A DNA stretch of 64,000 nucleotides from a virus (IMGVR_UViG_2654588115_000001:1-64000), one strand, 5' to 3'; positions 49,701-59,017 are shown, numbered from the stretch's first letter. Translations and numbers: made by a program. The notes: generated from the sequence alone by a model not told the origin.

Positions 49701-49939
49701 ACACACTAGCATCCCAAGAGGCGTTCTTACTCATAAAATTAAAAGTCAAAAAGAAATTCTATACACCAGGCAATACCTTCAAAAACACTACTTACTACGC
49801 CCAATACTTCCCCGTCCCTTGCAAACATCCTTAACTCATCAAGTGAAGAATGTTCTAACCAACTAAGAAGAAATTTAATTTTTATCTAGTAGAGATATAA
49901 ATATCTTGAAAAATTCTTATTGACTTGTAGGTGTTTTTA

Positions 49940-50783
49940 TGATGGAGACCACAGGAAACGGAGGAGCGGAACAGAGTGCAACCTTAGTTTCTGCAAATAC
50001 AGTATACTACTGTCGCACCATGTCGAAAATTGATGGATTCCACGAGGTATCCGGTATCGCTTTTCACAGTTCAATTAGTCACCGTCGCTACAACGATGCA
50101 GAGTTTTAATAGTGGTCTTATACCCCACACTACCACGCCCCTCGGCGCGTTCCTCTGGCTCGGCATATTTCATCCGTATACATGACAGGGCAGGTATCGC
50201 GCTCTCACGCGAATTTAGGGAACCTGGCACCTGTGATTAAGCCCCCGCAGGCTTCTTAACGCTCCGCAGACAACAAAAAAAGACGCATACTTGCGCCTTA
50301 CCCTTTGTATATATACCGGTATCTTAGCCTTCCACGGCCCCAGCATACCGTCTGCCTACGCTTATTATGGGAGTTAGCCTGTTCTTCACCCACTTAGGTC
50401 ACAGAAGGACATTGAACAAATTCCTTCTGACCCCGCCGATATTCTGTGCATCCGCTGGCGAAACGGTGGTCTCTCTACGAGTAGCCAGGATTATACTGCT
50501 TGCGTGCAGTGACATAGTAACCTTACCTACATTTTCCCGCAATAAGGACACGGGCAACCTACGGCAGCTTCTTCCTGCCGTTGAGGAACGCAGAAACACC
50601 GCGAAAACACTTGACAAAAACCCAGTAAATCCTTATACTAGGCTTATAACTTGAACTCAATGTTGTGTGTTTACGCAACTCGGGACTTGGATGTTGGCGC
50701 ATTCAAGTCCTTTTTTCTTATGTTCATTTTCGATTGTCTTACCTATCTATCGGCTATCCCCAGTCCACTGTGGATAACTCATG
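49940..50783 (-). ncRNA. long structured non-coding transcript, putative replication pre-primer/control RNA
   Basis: TTGACT-17-TATTAT promoter (50817-50789); long-range pairs 50583-91/50147-55, 50590-97/49987-94, 50466-73/49945-52, 50350-55/50266-71; no credible ORF. Confidence 0.55.
50646..50716 (+). ncRNA. ~70-nt antisense (counter-transcribed) RNA
   Basis: TTGACA-17-TATACT (50611-50639) and terminator GGACTTGGATG/CATTCAAGTCC-T6. Confidence 0.7.
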
Positions 50784-50809
50784 CTCAAATAATATCATAC
50801 TTATCCACA
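50769..50809. promoter_or_regulatory. two perfect DnaA boxes, inverted
   Basis: TGTGGATAA 50769-50777 and TTATCCACA 50801-50809. Confidence 0.8.
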
Positions 50810-50889
50810 GAAGTCAACATGATTTATTTCTTTATATATATACCACCCTCTTGAAATCCGCATAAACTGGTGCTATAATCTAATCAAAC

Positions 50890-50988
50890 ACCATTACACC
50901 ATTACGCCATTATACTGGTGTTACAGCATTATAACGCTGTAATGTCATAATGGTATACCGTTATAATGGTGTAACGCTATAACGTTAT
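50890..50988. repeat. octamer array 9 (12 units) in parA leader; putative parS/operator
   Basis: Largest array, between TTGAAA-17-TATAAT (50851-50879) and the parA RBS. Confidence 0.88.
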
Positions 50989-51007
50989 TCAAAAGGGAGG
51001 AACACCT

Positions 51008-51769
51008 ATGATTACAGTGGTTATCAGCAACAAGAAAGGCGGCGTAGGCAAAACTACTACGGCTTATAATTTGGCAGCAGGACTTCGGAAGCGCGGTAAA
51101 TCAGTTCTGGCCATCGACCTTGACCCGCAATGTTCCCTTACGAAATTCTGCGGCGTAAATAAGAACGGTCCAACCTCCTTCGGTGTAATCACCAAGGAAG
51201 TCAACATCAACTCCGCTATTCTGAAACTGGAGTTCTTCGACCTCATTCCTGGCAGCGCATCACTGGCCACTGCTGACCAGACCCTGCCCGAATCTGTAAA
51301 CCGCCTTATGCGCATCCGTGAAGCCCTCTCCGAGCTGAAAACGGATTATGACTACTGCATCATGGATAATGCTCCGGCTATCGGCGTAGTTACCGTTAAT
51401 GCCTACATGGCCACCGACTATGTAATCATCCCCGCCGAAGCCAACGAACTCTCCACGGATGGCATCGCTAATGTTTATGAATCCATCCTCGATGTGAAGA
51501 AGTACGTGAACCCCCATATCCAAATCGCCGGTATTCTGCTGACTCGCTACAAGCCCAACACAGTTCTCAACCGCGAATACAGCGATATATTCAACGAACT
51601 GGCCAAGGGTATGGGTACTAAGGTTTTCAAAACGCCAATCCGTGAGAACGTCAACCTCTCCGAATTGCCGTCCATCCATGTTCCCATCTTCGATTACAAA
51701 CCCGGCTCCACTGGTGCCGAAGACTACAATGCCTTTATTGATGAATTTATTAAGGGAGTTGAAAAATAA
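51008..51769 (+). CDS. parA: ParA/Soj partition ATPase (type Ib, no N-terminal HTH)
   Basis: KGGVGKTT, IDLDPQ, DYCIMDNAP, IRENV. Confidence 0.95.
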   Translation: MITVVISNKKGGVGKTTTAYNLAAGLRKRGKSVLAIDLDPQCSLTKFCGVNKNGPTSFGVITKEVNINSAILKLEFFDLIPGSASLATADQTLPESVNRLMRIREALSELKTDYDYCIMDNAPAIGVVTVNAYMATDYVIIPAEANELSTDGIANVYESILDVKKYVNPHIQIAGILLTRYKPNTVLNREYSDIFNELAKGMGTKVFKTPIRENVNLSELPSIHVPIFDYKPGSTGAEDYNAFIDEFIKGVEK

Positions 51770-52173
51770 TGGCAATCAAAAGAAGCGAAATGTTCCATAA
51801 GCGCAAATCCGATGTGCTCATGCAGATAAAAGGTGCTACCGAAAAATTTGAGGAGGCCCCCGAACCGGAACTCGTAGAGGCCTTCAAAGAAGCTGCTGAA
51901 AACAAAGAAGAAACAGAAACCGCTGCAGCACCTATCGTAAAAGCCCCTCCTGCCAAACCAAAGGCAAAAAAGGCTCAGCCCAAGGAAGAAGAAAAGGAAC
52001 GCCGCGACAAACGCGTGACTCTTTATCTTACCCAGGAAGAATACGATATGTTCCGTGAACAGGCTTACCGCCGTCACAAAAAACTCAATGAAGTTATCGT
52101 AAGCGCAGCCAAGAAAAACATTGGCAGACCGCCTGCGCCCCCAAAAGAATATCGCGAAGAAAACGACGATTAA
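51769..52173 (+). CDS. centromere-binding partner with C-terminal ribbon-helix-helix (ParG/omega-like)
   Basis: Coupled to parA; flexible N-terminus then KRVTLYLTQEEYDMFREQAY...LNEVI. Confidence 0.75.
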   Translation: MAIKRSEMFHKRKSDVLMQIKGATEKFEEAPEPELVEAFKEAAENKEETETAAAPIVKAPPAKPKAKKAQPKEEEKERRDKRVTLYLTQEEYDMFREQAYRRHKKLNEVIVSAAKKNIGRPPAPPKEYREENDD

Positions 52174-52197
52174 TTATTCTTGACCAAGGGTATAATT

Positions 52198-52407
52198 ATG
52201 GATTTTGATTTGAAGCCAAATAAACATGAAGAATGTTTAAGTTTACAGGCAGAGGTAAACCGTCTTAGCTGTGAAAATCGCATAAGAGCAATTTCCTTAA
52301 AATATAACATTTCAAGCGATGATATTTCTATCTTGGTCGAAGGAATAGAAAATTACCTAAATCAAGCCGTAGATGATGTTTATGAATCATCAATTAAATC
52401 TCGTTAG
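52198..52407 (+). CDS. hypothetical protein
   Basis: Follows the par operon, ends at a terminator; weak RBS. Confidence 0.4.
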   Translation: MDFDLKPNKHEECLSLQAEVNRLSCENRIRAISLKYNISSDDISILVEGIENYLNQAVDDVYESSIKSR

Positions 52408-52410
52408 TAT

Positions 52411-52451
52411 AAAAACTCGTAGACGAATAGTAAATGGTCTACGAGTTTTTT
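52411..52451. terminator. bidirectional intrinsic terminator
   Basis: AAAAACTCGTAGAC...GTCTACGAGTTTTT. Confidence 0.85.
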
Positions 52452-52475
52452 GCATCTTAACGGAAATTATTGTTT

Positions 52476-52778
52476 TCAGTAACCTTTAGGTTCTGGTTCC
52501 ATAAAATCATCTGGCTCTGGTTCCTCGAAATCATCCATCGCACTTTTGGGGAAATAATACATAGCTATACTTTTATCTATAAGACCTTCTAGCTCATGCA
52601 GGCCTTCCACGCCCTCATACCCATCAAAAAGGTCAACAATGTAAGAGCGGACAGCCTTGCTTCTCTCAACATACTTCATATTCTCCGTTTCGCATCGTAC
52701 CCCCATGCGATTCCAGCCAGCATCAATCCTCTTTTGTAACAGCTCCGTTAATCCTTTTACCAGCTCATCATTATTCAT
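52476..52778 (-). CDS. hypothetical protein
   Basis: GGAGGGG RBS before MNNDELV; acidic EPEPDDF repeat tail. Confidence 0.6.
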   Translation of the reverse strand: MNNDELVKGLTELLQKRIDAGWNRMGVRCETENMKYVERSKAVRSYIVDLFDGYEGVEGLHELEGLIDKSIAMYYFPKSAMDDFEEPEPDDFMEPEPKGY

Positions 52779-52822
52779 TATTGTCCCCCTCCATTCATCA
52801 TCTTCGGCATGTAAATTCAAAA

Positions 52823-53422
52823 TTAGCCGGCCATTATTCGCCCCAACCGCCGGAAGAACATCCGGATTTTTTTCGTATCTTTCTTGCCGTTAGTTTCTAG
52901 CCCCTCTGACACTTCCACAGCATACGGAAGGGTGCTCTTATTTACTTCCTTCACATTTTCTCGGCGTATATTCGCAGCCAAAATCACAGATTTATGTGTA
53001 TCGGTTATCTCCAGTGCTATTTCTTTCCTGGTATAATCCTGCTCACCAAGGTCTAGTAGAATCATTTCTGCCACAGTCCTTCTGGCCTTTTCCACCGAGA
53101 AACCTTCATCATACCGATACCGTTTTATCACCGGGCAAGCGACCTGCCAGATATACTCCTCGTCCTCATGTCCATTCAGTTGCACATAATCCAGTCCTAC
53201 CTTGCTTACCACATCATTAACCGTGTCCAAATCTTCGTCCTTGAACACACCTACCAGACGTGAGCCAGGCACCTGCTGCGCAATAACAGCGGCTCTATCC
53301 GGCGATACATAATCCTTGTTTTCTCTGTCGAATACAAAAGCGATAAAGTCAGCCCCACATTCTTCTGCCGTCTTAGCCGTAAACATATCCGTAATTCCCG
53401 AAACCATAGCTCTTATGTACAT
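52823..53422 (-). CDS. TrpF (phosphoribosylanthranilate isomerase)-like TIM barrel, catalytically degenerate
   Basis: GAD.I.FVF, VGVF.DE, LDYVQL.G.E, LLD, V..G.ETNGKKD..KI..F match TrpF; catalytic Cys replaced by Ser. Confidence 0.85.
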   Translation of the reverse strand: MYIRAMVSGITDMFTAKTAEECGADFIAFVFDRENKDYVSPDRAAVIAQQVPGSRLVGVFKDEDLDTVNDVVSKVGLDYVQLNGHEDEEYIWQVACPVIKRYRYDEGFSVEKARRTVAEMILLDLGEQDYTRKEIALEITDTHKSVILAANIRRENVKEVNKSTLPYAVEVSEGLETNGKKDTKKIRMFFRRLGRIMAG

Positions 53423-53555
53423 CGCCAGACCTCCCGTTTATTATTCACCTCAAATTATACCACAAAGTCCTCTCCATACATACTAAATATGTTGTATATA
53501 GTAAAAATCAAGACCAAATCATTGACATAATTAAAACCGAGGTCTACAATGTAAT

Positions 53556-53646
53556 CGTGCTTCAAATCACACACCTTTCCGTTTTGGAGCAACGTGTATA
53601 GCATCATTAATCCCCGACCCCAGCCACCCGAAGCTGGGGTTTCGGC
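53556..53646 (+). ncRNA. structured leader or small RNA
   Basis: TTGACA-17-TACAAT; GCTTCAAA/TTTGGAGC hairpin with ACCTTTCC loop; CCCCAGC/GCTGGGG hairpin. Confidence 0.45.
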
Positions 53647-53656
53647 ATTATATCAC

Positions 53657-53696
53657 ACAATTACACAATTATACCATTATACAATTACAATGGCGT
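53657..53696. repeat. octamer array 10
   Basis: acaattac acaattat accattat acaattac aatggcgt. Confidence 0.8.
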
Positions 53697-53710
53697 AGAA
53701 AGGACAATCC

Positions 53711-54250
53711 ATGAAAAAACTTTTACTCTTACTCACTATGCTGCTTGCCTTGTCCTCCACAACCTTTGCCACCGATTGGCAGCCAACTATGAATCTCCAT
53801 GGCGATGGCATTGAATACGATGAAGATAGCGTTGGCATCGACCAAAACTTTAACAGCGGCCGGCCAGAAGACAGAAATATCTATGTATGGACAAAAATTA
53901 CTTACAGCTCTAATTACATCGAAAGCCTGTACCAAAAAGGACTCTGGAAAGGCTATAGCCCCCTCGGCGAGTTCTCCCTGCTAAAGATTAACTTGTCGAA
54001 ACGCACCTGCACCGTAGGAACCATTTGCATGTTCGATATAGCCCATGGAGAAATAGGTGAGAAAAGAAACTGGGGTCGAACCATGCAGATAACCTCAAAC
54101 AACAACCTCGGCAAATTCCTGCTTGTCCTTATGAAACGCACCAAGGACAAACAGGAGGCCATTGTCAAGCGCACCTATTCCTCCGACAATCCCCCCAGCA
54201 GCCCTTACACCTACAATCCTCTGACTCGCGAATGGGAAAATAAGCAATAA
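53711..54250 (+). CDS. secreted/periplasmic moron protein
   Basis: Sec signal peptide MKKLLLLLTMLLALSSTTFA; AAGGA RBS; own promoter. Confidence 0.75.
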   Translation: MKKLLLLLTMLLALSSTTFATDWQPTMNLHGDGIEYDEDSVGIDQNFNSGRPEDRNIYVWTKITYSSNYIESLYQKGLWKGYSPLGEFSLLKINLSKRTCTVGTICMFDIAHGEIGEKRNWGRTMQITSNNNLGKFLLVLMKRTKDKQEAIVKRTYSSDNPPSSPYTYNPLTREWENKQ

Positions 54251-54324
54251 GAGTAGATTTCGCTTCCAGAAAGTATCTTTCTGAAAATTATTGCGCTTTA
54301 TTTGCTTTTGCGATATAATATCTC

Positions 54325-54399
54325 CAATCTCAAATTTATTATCCTACCCCTCGCCACCTCTGTTTTTCATCCCTTCGCAGAGGTGGCTTCCCTGTTTTT
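54325..54399 (+). ncRNA. small RNA candidate
   Basis: TTGCGC-17-TATAAT; GCCACCTCTG/CAGAGGTGGC hairpin with pyrimidine-rich loop, T-run. Confidence 0.45.
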
Positions 54400-54413
54400 A
54401 AGGCAAATTATGC

Positions 54414-54461
54414 ACCATTATAGTGGTATACCATTACACCATTATACAATTACACATGTAC
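54414..54461. repeat. octamer array 11
   Basis: accattat agtggtat accattac accattat acaattac acatgtac. Confidence 0.85.
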
Positions 54462-54496
54462 AAAAATAGCAGGAGCAATCACGCCCCTGCTTATTT

Positions 54497-57400
54497 TTAT
54501 GCCGTCACCTGTCGCGCATCCACGATAATCCCCTTGGGGCTCCGGATGAACTCATAGCTCAGCCCCTGTATTACATTGATGCCCTTCTGCCAGCCACGGT
54601 ATCTATCATAGTATTTGGCCTTCTTCCACGCCGATGCGAACACTATGCCGTCAAAATCACCGTAAGCCGTGCGGAACACCAACTTGGCCATGGTATTGCC
54701 CTTCTTATCGTTGAACTCATACACCGACTTGGCAACGCCTGTCAGCACCTTCGGTAGTGAAGTAAAGGAGAAAGACAGCACCGAGATTTCCCCTGCAATT
54801 CTGTCGTATTTCTCTGCAGCAGATTCCTTGAACGTTACATCAGCCAGCTTGGCCTTCCACTGCTCCACCATACGATTGGCCTTATTCCGCTCCTTATCCG
54901 TTTCTGCAGCAAGGCATTTCGCCGCGTAGAATTCCATGCGTTCCTCACAATGCGCCTTACGGTCCGCAGCCTCCTTGGCCGAAACCAGGTTAGCCAACAT
55001 CCACCCACGGTCTTTGCCAAGGTAATCCAGTGCTCCTGCCTTAATCAGCCCCTCGTTAATCAGCTTGTTATTGGCAGCGAATACCTCCTGCCAATCCGAG
55101 GAACGAACCAGGTTCAAGTTTGTTCCCACACCTTTGATATAACAGAGCCCCACACGGATAGCATCGCCCTCCACGGTAAACTTTCGATTACCCTTGGACA
55201 AATCTGGTGGCAACAGTTCAATCCACATCCGCTTACATTCCTCGATATACGGCAGAATCTTCTTCTGGTCGCTACGAGAGTTAAGTAACGCACACATATA
55301 CTGCGCCGGATAATGAGCTTTGAGAAACGCCGTCTTATAGGAGAGCTTGGCGTAGGACACCGCATGGCTTTTATTGAACACATACCGGCCGGCCGCCTCA
55401 ATCTGCCCTGCTACTTCCTCGGCCACCTCACGGCTATACCCATTTTTCATGCAGCACTCCACAAAATCAGCTACCGCAGCCTTAATCTTCGGCAGTTCCT
55501 TTCGACCAATAACCTTGCGGAGCCCATCGGCTTGTCCCAAGTCATACCCTGCCATCTTCATGGAGATAAGCATAATCTGCTCCTGGAACACTAGCACCCC
55601 ATAGGTACTGCCAGCGATTTCCTCCATGGCCTCACAGGGATATTCCACGGTAATCTTGCCGTTCTTGGCATCCACATACTGTTGGAGCATACCAGAGTCA
55701 ATCGGACCCGGACGGTACAATGCCACAAGCACCGCCAAATCATCGAATCGGTTCGGATGCAGTTCCCTTGCCACCTTCTGCATACCAGGGCTTTCCATCT
55801 GGAATACCCCTGTAGTGTGTCCACCTGCATACAGTTCAAAGGTTTTCTGGTCATTCATCGGAATATCTTCCAGAGAAAGTTCCTGCGGTATACCGGCCAG
55901 ACATTCTGCGATAATATCCAACGTGCGCAAGCCCAGAATGTCCAGTTTCAAGAGACCCATATCTTCCAACGTGTGGTACTCAAAGGCAGCCACACGCACA
56001 TACTCACGCTTGCCAGTGGATGTGTCCGTAGATGTGCAGCCCTCGACCGGACAATATTTCTCCACCGCATCCGGAGTAACGAGGATTGCCGAGGCATGAA
56101 CCCCCATTTTATCAATGCGGCCGGCAAAATGTTGGGAAACATCCAGCAACCGTTCCCGTTCTTCCGCGGAGAAATCACTATTTACCGTAAGAATTTCATC
56201 CATAGAGTCCGTAAGTTCCTTTGTCACCGTCAGGACCCGCTCCCTGGTCCAGCGCATCCCTGTGTCCTGCTTATTTTTCTTCCGCAGGTCAATATCTGTC
56301 CTCTGTTCATCGGTCAGTCCCAGATATTCTTCTTTTTCCAACGCTTGCTGCGCACGGAGTACCGCTTGTTTCCCGACATCTGGCTTGTCCGGATTCTTGG
56401 TGTAACCATAGGTGGTGACTTTATAGACCGTACCGTAATGCTCCCGGATATAGTCGATGATGCGCCCACGGTTATCCGTAGACACATCCGTATCAATATC
56501 CGCCGGTGACTGTCTATATGGATTACAGAAGCGGAAGAACGCTGTATCATAGGCGATGCTATCAACCTTATGGAATCCCATCAAATACCCCACGAGGCAC
56601 CCTGCCGCCGAGCCACGGCCTTCCCCCACGGGGATATTGTTTTTTACGCACCAGTTGACCAAATCCCAGATAATCAGCAGGTAATTAAGGTAATTCGCCT
56701 TTTTGAGGTCACGCATTTCAGCCTCGAAGCGTTTCCCGTATTCCTTGTACTTGCCTCGTGGCACTTTGCTTCGCCAATTCTCACGGCAAATTTCCCGGAT
56801 TACTTCCTCTGGGTCACGGTCGGTATAGGTGGGATAGTGCATACCGCCAAACTCGATTTCCACATTGCACATATCGGCAATCTTCACCGTATTAGCAATG
56901 GCTTCTTCCTTCACATCATCGGGAATCCATGCTGTGGCTATGATTTCATCCTCGCTATGCAGATAGTTCTCGTTGTCATGGTAGCCATTGCCATGAATCT
57001 GCAACCACAAGTAATGATACGGTTCATCCTCGGCCTTTGCATAGTGCGCATCTGTAGTAACCACCAACGGCACATCGTATTTCCTCGCCAGGGAAATAAC
57101 CTTGTCATTGTATGCCCACTGCCGGTCAATGTTCAGTGGCTGAATTTCTGCGAAAAAACGTGCGCCGAAAATCTCCTTGAACCGCTGAAACCACTCCTCG
57201 CCATTATCTGTATTGACAATCGAGGCCATACATGCTGACAGGCAAATCAGCCCCTCTGCGTGGTTTCTAAGGTCATTCTCGTCAATTCTCGGCTTATAGA
57301 ACATATGGCTTTCGTTATAAGCAATGGAATCCAGCTCTTTGAGGTTACGGTAGCCGGTATCATTCATCGCCAGAAGAACCAAATGGTGCGTAAAGGCACG

Positions 57401-57628
57401 GTCACGGATGGTAACATCGGGGCAGAAGTAAAACTCGCAGCCGATAATCGGTTTGATTTCCTGCGCCTTGCATTCACGGTAAAATTCAACGATGCCACGC
57501 ATGGTTCCGTGGTCCGTAATGGCCACAGCAGACTGCCCCAGCTCCTTTACGCGGTTGACCATTTCCTTCGCCGTCTGGTAGCCGTCCAAAATTGAAAAAT
57601 CCGTATGATTATGAAGTGAAATATACAT
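54497..57628 (-). CDS. dnaE: DNA polymerase III alpha subunit (phage-encoded)
   Basis: PHP domain LHNHTDFSILDG, AITDHG; GRGSAAG, DIDTD, KLDILGL, FNKSHA. Confidence 0.96.
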   Translation of the reverse strand: MYISLHNHTDFSILDGYQTAKEMVNRVKELGQSAVAITDHGTMRGIVEFYRECKAQEIKPIIGCEFYFCPDVTIRDRAFTHHLVLLAMNDTGYRNLKELDSIAYNESHMFYKPRIDENDLRNHAEGLICLSACMASIVNTDNGEEWFQRFKEIFGARFFAEIQPLNIDRQWAYNDKVISLARKYDVPLVVTTDAHYAKAEDEPYHYLWLQIHGNGYHDNENYLHSEDEIIATAWIPDDVKEEAIANTVKIADMCNVEIEFGGMHYPTYTDRDPEEVIREICRENWRSKVPRGKYKEYGKRFEAEMRDLKKANYLNYLLIIWDLVNWCVKNNIPVGEGRGSAAGCLVGYLMGFHKVDSIAYDTAFFRFCNPYRQSPADIDTDVSTDNRGRIIDYIREHYGTVYKVTTYGYTKNPDKPDVGKQAVLRAQQALEKEEYLGLTDEQRTDIDLRKKNKQDTGMRWTRERVLTVTKELTDSMDEILTVNSDFSAEERERLLDVSQHFAGRIDKMGVHASAILVTPDAVEKYCPVEGCTSTDTSTGKREYVRVAAFEYHTLEDMGLLKLDILGLRTLDIIAECLAGIPQELSLEDIPMNDQKTFELYAGGHTTGVFQMESPGMQKVARELHPNRFDDLAVLVALYRPGPIDSGMLQQYVDAKNGKITVEYPCEAMEEIAGSTYGVLVFQEQIMLISMKMAGYDLGQADGLRKVIGRKELPKIKAAVADFVECCMKNGYSREVAEEVAGQIEAAGRYVFNKSHAVSYAKLSYKTAFLKAHYPAQYMCALLNSRSDQKKILPYIEECKRMWIELLPPDLSKGNRKFTVEGDAIRVGLCYIKGVGTNLNLVRSSDWQEVFAANNKLINEGLIKAGALDYLGKDRGWMLANLVSAKEAADRKAHCEERMEFYAAKCLAAETDKERNKANRMVEQWKAKLADVTFKESAAEKYDRIAGEISVLSFSFTSLPKVLTGVAKSVYEFNDKKGNTMAKLVFRTAYGDFDGIVFASAWKKAKYYDRYRGWQKGINVIQGLSYEFIRSPKGIIVDARQVTA

Positions 57629-57637
57629 GATAGCTCC

Positions 57638-58201
57638 TTATGCCGCAAACTTGACTTTATTCGTAAGAACATCTTTGATTTTAGCGAAGGTCAGCGTTCC
57701 ATTGGCAAGCTGCACCGAAATATCGCCGGCCGCCTTGTGCGCCCTGGCAAGGCGAACCTTCTTGTACCCCCATCCATCGAGCAAACTAATCATAAACGCC
57801 GCCGAAACCTCATCCACGGCTTTCATGCGGATTTCCGTGGTACGGCTGCGGTCTTTGTTTTTCTCTCGCAGGATGCCATAATTTGCCTCGTCGCGTAGGA
57901 TATTTTCAATGTCAGCCACCGTAACCAAACCACAGCGCATACATTCAAGGTGAGAGAGCATCTTTTCTTTCAGTGCCGCCAGACGGTCCTTACCGAAGCC
58001 CAGAGCATCGTGAGCCGCCGCCATGAAAATGACAAACAAATCCTCCATCGCAGATTTCTTGACTGACATTTCAGTGACATTCTGCCGGATGAAGCTATGG
58101 CGAACCTGCGCCTTTGCCCTGTTTTCTGACAAGCGTTTTCTCGTCAACATCCTCCCCATTTTGGCACTCTGCTTCTTCTTGATTTTCTTAGATAATTTCA
58201 A
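57638..58201 (-). CDS. hypothetical protein with two internal (H)D..G(F/Y)(G)K.RL repeats
   Basis: AHDALGFGKDRL and LLDGWGYKKVRL. Confidence 0.65.
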   Translation of the reverse strand: MKLSKKIKKKQSAKMGRMLTRKRLSENRAKAQVRHSFIRQNVTEMSVKKSAMEDLFVIFMAAAHDALGFGKDRLAALKEKMLSHLECMRCGLVTVADIENILRDEANYGILREKNKDRSRTTEIRMKAVDEVSAAFMISLLDGWGYKKVRLARAHKAAGDISVQLANGTLTFAKIKDVLTNKVKFAA

Positions 58202-58213
58202 GTTGCTTTCTCC

Positions 58214-58414
58214 TTACAAATAATACCAACGCCAACTATGCAGCCGCCGATAGAAGCCTGGTGAAACCTGTTCCAAAGCTGACAAGGGCTTAACCCTTGC
58301 CACCTCATTGGTTCTTTCCTTCGCCCAGGTCTTAGCCAACTTCACCGCATTTTTCCACCGCCGTTTTTTCCGTGGTCTACAGAACTTACGGCGGTAATAA
58401 TCGGGGCGGTTCAA
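58214..58414 (-). CDS. small basic hypothetical protein
   Basis: TTGA coupling in the operon. Confidence 0.5.
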   Translation of the reverse strand: MNRPDYYRRKFCRPRKKRRWKNAVKLAKTWAKERTNEVARVKPLSALEQVSPGFYRRLHSWRWYYL

Positions 58415-58635
58415 AGTCGGCTCTCTGCCTCACGGATGGCAAAATCAACGTATTGCTTTGCCTTTTGCAAATCCTCGATTTCCTTGCTTACATCGCCCTC
58501 CGGCTTATGGCCGGCCCGGACAATGTACTTCACACAGTTTCCCTTGGCAAAATCCAGTCTCTTATCCTGGATAAAATCAATACATTCAATCCTGCCCTGC
58601 GTATAATGACTGGGATGTTTCACCGCATCATCCAT
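58411..58635 (-). CDS. DUF3310 (SaV-like) protein
   Basis: VKHPSHYTQGRIECIDFI...GN.VKY..RAGHK...EDLQKA. Confidence 0.85.
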   Translation of the reverse strand: MDDAVKHPSHYTQGRIECIDFIQDKRLDFAKGNCVKYIVRAGHKPEGDVSKEIEDLQKAKQYVDFAIREAESRL

Positions 58636-58813
58636 TCGGCAGCACCGTCCTTTCAATATCCTCCAATGTTTCCACCAGAATCCATTCCACGCCCTCCGCA
58701 GTGAGCACTTTTGCGGTACTATTGCGGAGCCCCATGCTGATAACCAAGCCAGCAATCTTTTCCCCCGTGGTACGAGAGTAAACCTTAACAACATCGCCAA
58801 TCTTCATGGTCAC
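58628..58813 (-). CDS. small SH3-like hypothetical protein
   Basis: GGAGG RBS; MKIGDVVKV. Confidence 0.55.
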   Translation of the reverse strand: MTMKIGDVVKVYSRTTGEKIAGLVISMGLRNSTAKVLTAEGVEWILVETLEDIERTVLPNG

Positions 58814-59004
58814 ACCTCCAATGCCGGACTGGGGACACTCCCCATACTATTCCATGCTGACAGGAATCGGAACAACTTATTGGCGTTCTCTGCCACCGTC
58901 GCAGGTACATAACTCATAATCTCCGGCACCGACCGATGTTCCCGCAGCTGAATCTTCTCAATTTCCCCTGCAATATCATAGATAAGCACGATTTTCCCCC
59001 TCAT
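58810..59004 (-). CDS. hypothetical protein
   Basis: Operon packing. Confidence 0.5.
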   Translation of the reverse strand: MRGKIVLIYDIAGEIEKIQLREHRSVPEIMSYVPATVAENANKLFRFLSAWNSMGSVPSPALEV

Positions 59005-59017
59005 TTCTCTCTACAAC

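Noticed and set aside
49429-49749. Phe-rich minus-strand ORFs (106 aa and 72 aa)
   Set aside because: By-product of the T-rich strand; no RBS
49940-50783. Group I or group II intron or retron explanation for the long RNAs (also 17716-18215)
   Set aside because: No interrupted gene, no recognisable group II domain V or group I core, and no reverse transcriptase in the window
52823-53422. Functional trpF auxiliary metabolic gene
   Set aside because: Catalytic Cys and phosphate-binding glycines are substituted, so the gene symbol is withheld
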